DNA of 64,000 nucleotides. It comes from a virus. The translations under genes were made by a program, and so were the position numbers. The notes beneath the pieces are model-generated. The model searched no databases, was not told where the DNA came from, and was given only the letters and a program-made list of their open reading frames with translations. Shown here piece by piece: positions 46,832 to 54,910 of the stretch; position 1 is the first letter of the stretch; each line of letters begins with the position of its first letter. Location: the IMG/VR virus record IMGVR_UViG_3300027319_000001; one strand, given 5' to 3'.

Positions 46832-47398
46832 ATGGGGGTTGTCCTCGGTTTGCACGGTTATGGTGGTGTCGGCAAGGACACGCTTGCCGATGCTCTGGTG
46901 GACAACTACGGGTTTGTAAAAATCGCGTTTGCCGATCCGGTCAGGGAAATCCTGTATCGGATGAATCCGGTCGTGGTGATTGAGGACAACCAGCCCGTCT
47001 CCCTTCAGGAGGTTGTTGACCGGATCGGCTGGACGGAGGCCAAGCATTTGTATCCGTCGGTTCGGGAAATGCTTGTCGGTCTTGGGATGGGGGCGCGTCA
47101 GTCCATCGGACCGCGTGTATGGATCGATGAGGCTATGCGCCGTGCCGGGAATCATGAGCGAATAGTGTTTTCTGATGTCCGAATGCTGGACGAGGCGGTG
47201 TTCCTCCGGGACGTGTATCGCGCGATCTTGGTGCACGTCGTGCGTCCTGGTGTTGGTCCGGCGCACAATCAGGAGTTGTCCTCGCTCCCACCAGCAATGC
47301 TGGATTATGTAATCGAGAATGACGGTGACATCGTTGATTTGAAGGCCAAGGCCGACATTCTGATGAACCGGCTTGCTCTGAAAGGCCTTGTGTCCTGA
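46832..47398 (+). CDS. Putative dNMP kinase (P-loop)
   Basis: RBS aggaggg + ATG 46832; GYGGVGKDT P-loop; size and layout of phage deoxynucleotide monophosphate kinases. Confidence 0.5.
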   Translation: MGVVLGLHGYGGVGKDTLADALVDNYGFVKIAFADPVREILYRMNPVVVIEDNQPVSLQEVVDRIGWTEAKHLYPSVREMLVGLGMGARQSIGPRVWIDEAMRRAGNHERIVFSDVRMLDEAVFLRDVYRAILVHVVRPGVGPAHNQELSSLPPAMLDYVIENDGDIVDLKAKADILMNRLALKGLVS

Positions 47399-47418
47399 TT
47401 CATGTGTGAGGACGAGCA

Positions 47419-48021
47419 TTGAAGTACGTCGGAATCGACCCGTCATACTCTGGTTTCGGGATCACTATTTTGGATGAAGACGGGTCACATGAGACCCATG
47501 TGTGGGACTTTAGCGCAAGGACCTGCAAGGGATCTGGCTCAAACCAGCTGTATGCGGTTTATCGCAAACTCGCTGAATATCTGGTGTTTGCTGCCGAGCC
47601 TGAGCAGTACGCGCACGTGGGTCTTGAAGGATACGCTTTCAATGCTAAGCGTGGCGTTGCAAAATCCGGGGAACTTGGAGGAGTTGTCAAGGTCGTCTTG
47701 ATGCTCGTGATGCCGATGCCCGTGTGCTACCCAACCATCATTGCACCGCCTCAGGTAAAGCGTTACGCGTCTGGTGAGGGTGATGCCGCCAAGGACAATA
47801 TGCTCTTGTACGTCTATAAGCAGTGGGGTGTCGAGTTTGACCATATTCCTCCGAGGCTTCGGAACAACGCTGCGGACTCTTATGCGATTGCCCGCATGGT
47901 GATGGATCTGGAAGGCGGTACGGCAGAGCACCAGTATCAGAGAGATGTGATTGCGAAACTCAAGCCGCATACGGAGGGTGGTGCGGCGTATGAGGACTGG
48001 CTGAAGGACCTCTCTGCCTAA
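47419..48021 (+). CDS. ruvC: RuvC-like Holliday junction resolvase
   Basis: KYVGIDPSYSGFGITIL N-terminal RuvC-fold motif; ADSYAIARM near the C-terminus. Confidence 0.65.
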   Translation: MKYVGIDPSYSGFGITILDEDGSHETHVWDFSARTCKGSGSNQLYAVYRKLAEYLVFAAEPEQYAHVGLEGYAFNAKRGVAKSGELGGVVKVVLMLVMPMPVCYPTIIAPPQVKRYASGEGDAAKDNMLLYVYKQWGVEFDHIPPRLRNNAADSYAIARMVMDLEGGTAEHQYQRDVIAKLKPHTEGGAAYEDWLKDLSA

Positions 48022-48034
48022 TCCGGATTGTCTG

Positions 48035-48065
48035 AGAGCCCGCCGTGAGGCGGGCTCTTTTTGTG
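48035..48065 (+). terminator. Rho-independent terminator
   Basis: agagcccgcc GTGA ggcgggctct (48035-48058) followed by ttttgtg. Confidence 0.8.
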
Positions 48066-48134
48066 TTACCAGAATTTCAGTTCGTATCCCTAATCTTGAC
48101 TTAAGTGGCAGAATACGGAAATTCAGGTAACACA

Positions 48135-48416
48135 ATGAGTGAAAACGCTAACGGTCTGACCGTGCTTAAGGTGCGGTCCTCGTCAAACGCATCGGCACTC
48201 GCCGCTGCGCTCAGCCATGCCATCTATGACGGTAAGGATGTGGCGCTGCGTGCTATCGGCGCAGGAGCGGTCAACCAAGCAGTTAAGGCTGTCGCTATCG
48301 CTCAGGGGTTTGTCGGTACGCGGGGGATCACGCTGTCGGTACGCCCTGGCTTCGACATCGTGAAAATGCCCGAGGGTGATATCACGGCAATGGTGCTGCG
48401 GATCATTACCGACTGA
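48135..48416 (+). CDS. spoVS: SpoVS-family protein
   Basis: AIGAGAVNQAVKAVAIAQGFV is almost identical to the conserved SpoVS core as I recall it; 93 aa. Confidence 0.8.
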   Translation: MSENANGLTVLKVRSSSNASALAAALSHAIYDGKDVALRAIGAGAVNQAVKAVAIAQGFVGTRGITLSVRPGFDIVKMPEGDITAMVLRIITD

Positions 48417-48466
48417 TAGATAAACGGGAAACCGGCCTACACTAAAAACGTCCGTAGAGATATCGG

Positions 48467-48718
48467 GTGGGAAGTATGGATCGAAACAACGAGTTCACCA
48501 CAGGTGCGCTTGGTGGCATGCCATTTTTCCACTCGATACAGCAAGAGCACCCCCAGGGATATCGGCCTTTGTCGGTTCTGGATAATCCCACTCGTAGTCC
48601 AATCGGTCTCGGCCTGTCGGAAACTCAGCGTCTAATGCCTGACGGACGCCTGCTGCCGAGTAAAAACGGGGTCTCCGACGAAACGTATGAGCGCCGTGCC
48701 TGGCTAGGGGCTATGTGA
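48467..48718 (+). CDS. Hypothetical small protein
   Basis: 83-aa ORF (alternative ATG 48476). Confidence 0.4.
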   Translation: MGSMDRNNEFTTGALGGMPFFHSIQQEHPQGYRPLSVLDNPTRSPIGLGLSETQRLMPDGRLLPSKNGVSDETYERRAWLGAM

Positions 48719-48730
48719 GGGATTGGAGTC

Positions 48731-49054
48731 ATGGCCGATAGGACTATCACTGAGTACCCGACCATGGGGAAGTCCGCCGCCACCGATTGGCGGAATGTGA
48801 GCGGTACGGTGTATCGCGGTGATCTGGAGCAGCGCCACACCTATAGCAAGGACAGCATGGTGATGGCTGCCCTTCACCCGTCGCGGCGCAATGTGCATGA
48901 GCGTCTTGGTTTTGTCGGCGGCATCCAGGTGCGCCATGTGTATCCGAACGTCCCCGAGGCTAGTCTGACCCAGCGCAATGTTCGGACAATGCCGAACCGG
49001 CATGGACTGAGCGATTTTTGGGCGAAGCGGCAGTACGGACAGCGCATGCAGTGA
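48731..49054 (+). CDS. Hypothetical small protein
   Basis: 107-aa ORF. Confidence 0.45.
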   Translation: MADRTITEYPTMGKSAATDWRNVSGTVYRGDLEQRHTYSKDSMVMAALHPSRRNVHERLGFVGGIQVRHVYPNVPEASLTQRNVRTMPNRHGLSDFWAKRQYGQRMQ

Positions 49055-49063
49055 GGTGACCTA

Positions 49064-49243
49064 ATGCCCGCGTTTCTTGCTCCTCTTGCTGGCGTTGCTG
49101 CTCGCGTCGCCGCGTCCAGTCTGGGTCGCCAGCTGATCAAGGGTGCGGTCAGCCACACGGCTGGCTACATGCTCGCCAACCGTCTGCAGAACCAGCAGAA
49201 CCAGCAGCCTCAGGACCCTTACCAGCAGCACCGTTATGCCTAA
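49064..49243 (+). CDS. 59-aa protein with hydrophobic N-terminus and Gln-rich tail (tentative)
   Basis: MPAFLAPLAGVAARVAASSLG...NQQNQQPQDPYQQHRYA*; below the ORF-track cutoff; overlaps the next ATG by 8 nt. Confidence 0.35.
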   Translation: MPAFLAPLAGVAARVAASSLGRQLIKGAVSHTAGYMLANRLQNQQNQQPQDPYQQHRYA

Positions 49244-49736
49244 CGTCAACTACTCACAGTTCCCCGCCGCCACCACGGTCGGTGGCGGCGGTGGTTTCCG
49301 GGACTTGATGGATGCCCGTCGGTCCGGTGTGTATCCAACGGCTCCACATTCTAACTATCCGGACGGCTATCTCGGCACCATCCGGACCCGGCGGGATGAC
49401 AGGCTGCTGCGCGCGGTACAGGAACGCCTCACGCAGAGGTCCTACCAGCGCGGGGTCCACAAGGGAGAAAAGGTAGAGCTTTCCGACTATTTCTGGCCAC
49501 CGGACTTTGGTCCAACAACCGGTCTTGAGTATCAGGAGCGTGGGCGGCGCTGGACGGCAAAGGGAGACCCAGTAGAACGGTTCGCCTATGGCGGCAGGCA
49601 TCTGCTCACCTCTCCGTCTGAGCTTGGGGAGCTGGCCAAGCGCTATGGCGTGTCCGCCTACCGTCCTGAGAGTCGTGCCGAGACGGATCCGGCCTTCGCC
49701 CAGTACATGCGCCGCTATCTGCCCACGTGGAGGTGA
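49236..49736 (+). CDS. Hypothetical protein
   Basis: ATG 49236 (MPNVNYSQF...) inside ORF-track 49143..49736. Confidence 0.45.
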   Translation: MPNVNYSQFPAATTVGGGGGFRDLMDARRSGVYPTAPHSNYPDGYLGTIRTRRDDRLLRAVQERLTQRSYQRGVHKGEKVELSDYFWPPDFGPTTGLEYQERGRRWTAKGDPVERFAYGGRHLLTSPSELGELAKRYGVSAYRPESRAETDPAFAQYMRRYLPTWR

Positions 49737-49738
49737 CC

Positions 49739-50014
49739 ATGGTCGCCGGACCTTGGGCATCCCTGCCGGAAAAAATCCTGTCAGGTCGTCTTGATGCGTT
49801 GATGAGGGCTGACGCCCGGACTCTGGAGTCTATTCGTCCCCCGATTCCGAACATCGGCAAGGTGTTTCCTCGCTACACCGGTAAAGAGCGTCGTCCTATA
49901 ACGATTCGGGATGTCGTAAATTTGGGGCTGAAGTATCCAGGCCCAAACGCTGATCCTCTTTCTCAGCGTCCCGGTTATATGGGTTCACCGTTACCAGGAT
50001 TTGGCTTGTCTTGA
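49739..50014 (+). CDS. Hypothetical small protein
   Basis: ATG 49739 three nt after the previous stop. Confidence 0.4.
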   Translation: MVAGPWASLPEKILSGRLDALMRADARTLESIRPPIPNIGKVFPRYTGKERRPITIRDVVNLGLKYPGPNADPLSQRPGYMGSPLPGFGLS

Positions 50015-50054
50015 ATACTCTGGATTTCGGCGAAGGATTAACCGAGGTTTTGGA

Positions 50055-50234
50055 ATGGCCAAGAAACCGTTTAGGGCCGACGACAAGCGTCGTGGCGGCC
50101 TTGGGGACAATGTACCTATCACGGCTTCCGACAATGACGGTGCTGGTCCGTCGCTCTATGACATCTTGGGCCGTGGCAAATACCTCCTGAACAGCAAGCA
50201 GTTCTCCATTGGTCAGGGAAAGAGGGTTGCCTGA
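50055..50234 (+). CDS. Hypothetical small basic protein
   Basis: ATG 50055 (MAKKPFRADDKRRGG...). Confidence 0.35.
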   Translation: MAKKPFRADDKRRGGLGDNVPITASDNDGAGPSLYDILGRGKYLLNSKQFSIGQGKRVA

Positions 50235-50398
50235 TGGCTTATCCCCCGTCTCGCAGCTGCATGTCCGAGTTCATTGAAGGTGCAACCGATGGTGGCATGC
50301 GAAAGCCCACGCCGAATCGGGGCGGTTTTGATCGCTCCCCGGCGAATACCTACCCAACTTCGCCGATGGTTGGCGTGATTAAGGGGCGTGAGCGGTGA
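50234..50398 (+). CDS. Hypothetical 54-aa protein (tentative)
   Basis: TGATG coupling; MAYPPSRSCMSEFIEG... Confidence 0.3.
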   Translation: MAYPPSRSCMSEFIEGATDGGMRKPTPNRGGFDRSPANTYPTSPMVGVIKGRER

Positions 50399-50523
50399 GC
50401 GTCTACAAGCAGCCTATTCCTGAAAATCGCCCGGATATGGCACCGGTCCGCCCTGAGGATGGTGACCAGGACGCTAAGGTTCAGGTGCGCCCCCTTCCTG
50501 AGTTCGACGAGAGGGGGACGTGA
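50395..50523 (+). CDS. Hypothetical 42-aa protein (tentative)
   Basis: GTGA coupling at both ends; VSVYKQPIPENRPDMAPVRPEDG... Confidence 0.3.
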   Translation: MSVYKQPIPENRPDMAPVRPEDGDQDAKVQVRPLPEFDERGT

Positions 50524-51323
50524 TGAGTCTGACCGCTGACGCTTTTATTGCCGTTGCTGAGCGGGAGATTGGCTACAAGGAAGACAAGAACGGAGCAACC
50601 AAGTACGGTATTTGGTACGGCAAGCGGCATAAGAATCCGGCATATGACAAGGCAGCCTGGTGTGACATGTTCCTTGTCTGGTGCGCCTACCAGGCTGCAG
50701 GTGAAGCAGGTGTCGCTATCGTCGGTGATTTCGCCTACACGCCGTGGCATGCGAGCTGGTTTGCTCGTAACGGGCGTTTCGGCAACACCCCGAAGAGGGG
50801 CGCGATCGCCTTTTTCGACTGGGGGGGATCGAAGAACATCTACGCCATTGACCACGTCGGCATTGTTCTAGGGACTGACTCTCTCGGCCGCGTGGTGACG
50901 ATTGAGGGCAATACGTCCAACCAGGTAGCCAAGCGTTACCGGTCCATGTCCACCATCGTCGGCTACGGATATCCTAAGTTCGCCGCTGCCGCCAAGAATG
51001 CGTCGGTCAAGGCGGCGAATACCAAGCCTGCTACCACGAAGAAGCCGTCGGTTCCGGCATATCCGCTGCCGAAGGGTCACGTTCTCGGCTACCCAAAGAC
51101 CAAGTACATCCACGACGGTACGGAGAACGCGACGTATAAGAATGCTGTCCGTACGGCCCAGAACCGCTTTAAGGAGCGGGGCTGGACCATCACCGTGGAC
51201 GGTATTTTCGGGCCGCAGACGACTAAGGTCACCAAGGCATTCCAGGCTGAGAAGGGCCTGGAAGTTGACGGCCGTATCGGTCCGATCACTTGGAATGCAC
51301 TCTGGACCGCGCCGATCACTTGA
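50520..51323 (+). CDS. Endolysin: CHAP domain + peptidoglycan-binding domain
   Basis: AAWCDMFLVW and IDHVGIVLG (CHAP Cys/His); C-terminal VDGIFGPQTTKVTKAFQ...VDGRIGPITWNAL (PG_binding_1). Confidence 0.85.
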   Translation: MMSLTADAFIAVAEREIGYKEDKNGATKYGIWYGKRHKNPAYDKAAWCDMFLVWCAYQAAGEAGVAIVGDFAYTPWHASWFARNGRFGNTPKRGAIAFFDWGGSKNIYAIDHVGIVLGTDSLGRVVTIEGNTSNQVAKRYRSMSTIVGYGYPKFAAAAKNASVKAANTKPATTKKPSVPAYPLPKGHVLGYPKTKYIHDGTENATYKNAVRTAQNRFKERGWTITVDGIFGPQTTKVTKAFQAEKGLEVDGRIGPITWNALWTAPIT

Positions 51324-51345
51324 TTCGTGATTAACGGGGGATGAT

Positions 51346-51846
51346 TTGAGCAAGATCCGGCTACTCGTTTGTCATAATTGCAAGACGATTGAAGAACTTC
51401 CCGACTTTCAGGGCAATCCTCGTGATGACCACGTGCTGGCGTACTTGATTGAGCAGAAGCATACGACCCCTGAGGGTACGGCGCATATCGGAAATCTGTT
51501 TGATATTGATGAACACCAGTGGCGGCGTCCTGAGGTTCGGCTTGAGGTCCTTAAGGAAATCAAGCAAATGAGCGGAAAGGGCCTTGGAGACGAGTTCTAC
51601 GAGGTCAAGGCCACATTCCAGGAGGATGCCGCGCAGTGCTGGAGGAGTAAGAAGCTCACTCGGAACAATTGTGATGAGTACCGCTCTGAGCGGAAGGCGC
51701 TTGTCCCCAACACCAAGGACATCAGAAAGGAACTTGGTCTCGGGAAACCTCCCAAGCTTCGCTACTTGTGTGACTTCTGTCCGTACACGTCCAAGGTCAT
51801 GCAGCGCAAGCGTGCTGCAGCGGGTTATTACGACTACGTCGATTAG
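51346..51846 (+). CDS. Hypothetical Cys-rich protein
   Basis: 166-aa ORF; CHNC...CDFCPY. Confidence 0.5.
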   Translation: MSKIRLLVCHNCKTIEELPDFQGNPRDDHVLAYLIEQKHTTPEGTAHIGNLFDIDEHQWRRPEVRLEVLKEIKQMSGKGLGDEFYEVKATFQEDAAQCWRSKKLTRNNCDEYRSERKALVPNTKDIRKELGLGKPPKLRYLCDFCPYTSKVMQRKRAAAGYYDYVD

Positions 51847-51855
51847 TCCGGAACA

Positions 51856-52059
51856 TTGAAGCATTATTTGTTTGTGTACGGCCATCGTAAGGCTCGCATT
51901 CTGAAGTCGCCGAAGTTCGATGACGGGCGTATTGCGCTGCGGCGACGTTTTTCTTTGGAGCGGAATTGCGATGGTATCGGCGATGTTGAAGTTGTCGTCT
52001 TAGGCGCTCATTCGATGGATCAGTTTAAGCGACGCATTCGAGGTGCCCGTACCGGATGA
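51856..52059 (+). CDS. Hypothetical small protein
   Basis: 67-aa ORF, TTG start. Confidence 0.35.
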   Translation: MKHYLFVYGHRKARILKSPKFDDGRIALRRRFSLERNCDGIGDVEVVVLGAHSMDQFKRRIRGARTG

Positions 52060-52154
52060 TTTGAGGAATGGCTATTCTGGTGGTATGGCGTCCGGCAGAC
52101 GCGATTCGTGATTTTTCCGAGGGATTTTTGTGACAGGGATGTGAGGGCGAATAG

Positions 52155-52502
52155 ATGGTTGCAGAATCTGGGGCCGTGCCGCTGATCGGGCAGAATTCGG
52201 GGGAGCAGAACGAAGCCAAGCCGCTTGAGGTCCGGACGGCAGTTGTTCTGTTCATGACCAACGATGGTGAAGTTGTTGGATCAAATGATCTTCGTTTGAT
52301 CAACGACAAGCTGCTGAGGGTTCAGAAGATCGCACACCCGGATGAGTTCCTTGCCATGTGTCATGTAGCCGCGTCTGATATTGACGCTCAGCGCACAGCT
52401 GGTGAGGTAAGCCGGGTTATGCAGATGGCTGCGCGTGCCGCTATGGAGCAGCAGCGTAACGCCGCGATCCTTTCTCAGCTGAAAAATAACGGAAAGGGAT
52501 AA
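52155..52502 (+). CDS. Hypothetical protein
   Basis: 115-aa ORF. Confidence 0.45.
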   Translation: MVAESGAVPLIGQNSGEQNEAKPLEVRTAVVLFMTNDGEVVGSNDLRLINDKLLRVQKIAHPDEFLAMCHVAASDIDAQRTAGEVSRVMQMAARAAMEQQRNAAILSQLKNNGKG

Positions 52503-52522
52503 TCGCAAAATAGAATGGGGGT

Positions 52523-53524
52523 ATGGCCTACCAGTCCCCAGATTACTATCTGAGAAAAGCCGCTGCGGCCACTCCTGATATTGTTCCGGAGCCCGGTCAC
52601 AGTGGCTATTTCTCTTCCCCTACAGAGGGGCTGGACCCGGATCTTTTCATTGGTGATCGGATCCGGCTTGACGTGCGGGAGAAGATCATCGCCCCGCTGG
52701 ACGCTTTCTTCCGGCAGCGCGGACTGAGTGACTGGGGCCGCTACACACGTGTGTGGCTCGCCGGTAGTGGGATCTCATATCAGTGGGACGCCGATCGTGG
52801 GAATGGCGATTTGGACGTCCTGATCGGTATTGATGCAGCTGAGCTGCGTCGTGTCGCGCCCCCCTTCCAGGGGCTGTCTGATACCGAGGCTGCCGACGTA
52901 CTGAACAGCTGGCTCCGCCGTGACCTGTGGCCTCTGACGGCCCAGACCCGGATTGGGAGCAAGGTATACGAGGTCACGTACTACTGGAATCCGGGTGTCA
53001 CTGACTCCCCAGGTGCCATCAGGAGCATCCGGCCGTATGCCGCCTATGACCTGACCACGCCGGGATGGGTCGTACGGCCGCCCAGGCTGCCGTCGGACCC
53101 GGCGCTGTTGTATCCCCGAGAGTGGCATCAGGCTATCCAGCGCGAGGTTCAGACGGCGAGAGAGATCTTGAGCCGATTCAATGCGGCTCGTGCGCAGGTG
53201 CTGTCAACCACTGGTCCGGCACAGACAAACGCCCTGACTCGGATGCGCCTTGCCGCTGCGCAGGCCGCCGCGCTCTATGACGACATCCATATGGGTCGCC
53301 GCGCTGCTTTTCGGCAGGGTGGTGAGGGATACCGCGATTGGGCGAACTTCCGCTGGCAGAGCCACAAACGGTACGGCACCGCACAGGCTCTCGCGGCTGT
53401 CAGACGGCTGGCCGATGAGGCATCACAGCAGGCCAGCGCAGCACTCTACGGAGGTCCTGTGGCTGACGCTGAGGCGGCGCGTATAGCAGCTCTCCAGTGG
53501 ACCAACGCTAGGGGGATGCTATGA
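52523..53524 (+). CDS. Nucleotidyltransferase-fold protein
   Basis: GSGISYQWDADRGNGDLDVLI fits the minimal G[GS]-x13-DxD NTase-fold motif; helical C-terminal half. Confidence 0.5.
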   Translation: MAYQSPDYYLRKAAAATPDIVPEPGHSGYFSSPTEGLDPDLFIGDRIRLDVREKIIAPLDAFFRQRGLSDWGRYTRVWLAGSGISYQWDADRGNGDLDVLIGIDAAELRRVAPPFQGLSDTEAADVLNSWLRRDLWPLTAQTRIGSKVYEVTYYWNPGVTDSPGAIRSIRPYAAYDLTTPGWVVRPPRLPSDPALLYPREWHQAIQREVQTAREILSRFNAARAQVLSTTGPAQTNALTRMRLAAAQAAALYDDIHMGRRAAFRQGGEGYRDWANFRWQSHKRYGTAQALAAVRRLADEASQQASAALYGGPVADAEAARIAALQWTNARGML

Positions 53525-54033
53525 GCGGTATCGCCGTGGTCACCATGGACGGCATCATCCGTGATCCTGTCCATGACACGCTGATCACAAGCGGTCGTGA
53601 TCTCGCCGTTGCGTTGAGCGCGGATTACCGCGTGGTATTTCTTGCGGACACGGATGATCACGATCTGTGGGATTTGTGGTTGGCGCGCCATGATTTTACA
53701 GAGCACGCTTTTGTTGTTGAGCGCCGTCCTGAGGACCCAGAAGACACCGCAATCCGGCGTGTACGGCAGATAGAGCGGTTGCGCGGTCAGGGTGCATCTG
53801 TAGAGCTGTTCATTGATTCCGATCCTGGCGTTATCGCCACTGTTATGCGTCTGGGCGTGCCCTGTCTCCTATACGTTCACCCTCAATACGCGCGCCCGGA
53901 ATTCCGGCCGGATTATCAGGCAGAGATTCGTCCGTGGGACACGTTGGTGATGGAACTTAACCGGACTAAAGAACTGCGGGCGGCAGACCCACGATATAGG
54001 AGACCTAGTGTTCGACTTCAACGCATTGAATAA
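53521..54033 (+). CDS. Hypothetical protein (weak HAD-like features)
   Basis: AVVTMDGII and LFIDSDP faintly resemble HAD motifs I and IV, but the first Asp is Thr. Confidence 0.35.
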   Translation: MSGIAVVTMDGIIRDPVHDTLITSGRDLAVALSADYRVVFLADTDDHDLWDLWLARHDFTEHAFVVERRPEDPEDTAIRRVRQIERLRGQGASVELFIDSDPGVIATVMRLGVPCLLYVHPQYARPEFRPDYQAEIRPWDTLVMELNRTKELRAADPRYRRPSVRLQRIE

Positions 54034-54844
54034 GACCGTAGACAGCAATATAGCTCGCGTTCACGGCGGCTGGGGACGCTGGAACGACAAATTTGTTCGG
54101 AAGCAGCTTGACCGGTCCTTCTCCAGGATGAGGGAGAAGGCTCGTGCTGAGCAGCTGCGAAAGACCTATGGCCCTAGCCAGGTAGCTGATCGTGTTTTCC
54201 GGACTGGCGCTGAGGGCGAGTACGCCCGCAATCGCCGTGTGACCTTCAAAGGGCCTTCCCAGGCTTCACAAATCGGTGGGATGAAAATCAACCGTTTGCA
54301 GTCCGCTGAGCCTGGGTCTATCAAGTCCACGAATCTGAGTAAGACGCCATCGACATACTACACGCCTTCCGTGCGCGGTCCCCAGTTCGGGGGTAGCACG
54401 TACCCGGCGTTCCGTACCACGGGTTTGCCGTCTCCCAAGGGTGGGATGCCTCCCGCGAGGGAGAGCATCAGGGCTTACCAGGACCGAAGGCTGCGCTCGC
54501 GCACGCCAGCGCCGAAGAGCTGGCAGCAGACCGAACTTCCTATCCCTAAGGCTTCTCCAACGTCTAGAGGTACGCAGCTGGAGCTTCCTGTTGCCCGTAG
54601 GTCGAATCTGGTGCCGCAGTCGCGCTTTGAGGGCCGTTACGAGGGGCCTCCGGAGAACAAACGACCTGGGCAGATGGCGCTGTTCCAGCCGTGGGCACAG
54701 CAGTCTCTGCCCATAATTCCTCACCGCGAGTCAACCTGGACGCCGCCTGAGCGCACCACACCCAAGACGCACCAGTACAAGATTCCGTACAAGGGCACTT
54801 ACAAGGGTAATAAGCCTCCGCGCAAGCCACTGCCGCCCATGTAG
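54008..54844 (+). CDS. Very basic Pro/Arg/Lys-rich protein
   Basis: 278-aa ORF; low-complexity basic C-terminal two thirds; GTG start overlapping the previous gene. Confidence 0.45.
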   Translation: MFDFNALNKTVDSNIARVHGGWGRWNDKFVRKQLDRSFSRMREKARAEQLRKTYGPSQVADRVFRTGAEGEYARNRRVTFKGPSQASQIGGMKINRLQSAEPGSIKSTNLSKTPSTYYTPSVRGPQFGGSTYPAFRTTGLPSPKGGMPPARESIRAYQDRRLRSRTPAPKSWQQTELPIPKASPTSRGTQLELPVARRSNLVPQSRFEGRYEGPPENKRPGQMALFQPWAQQSLPIIPHRESTWTPPERTTPKTHQYKIPYKGTYKGNKPPRKPLPPM

Positions 54845-54910
54845 CGAGCGGGTTTAGGGGAAGGGGACCCAGCCCCGATACGTCGTTATCGGAGCATTTA
54901 GGGGTTCCCA

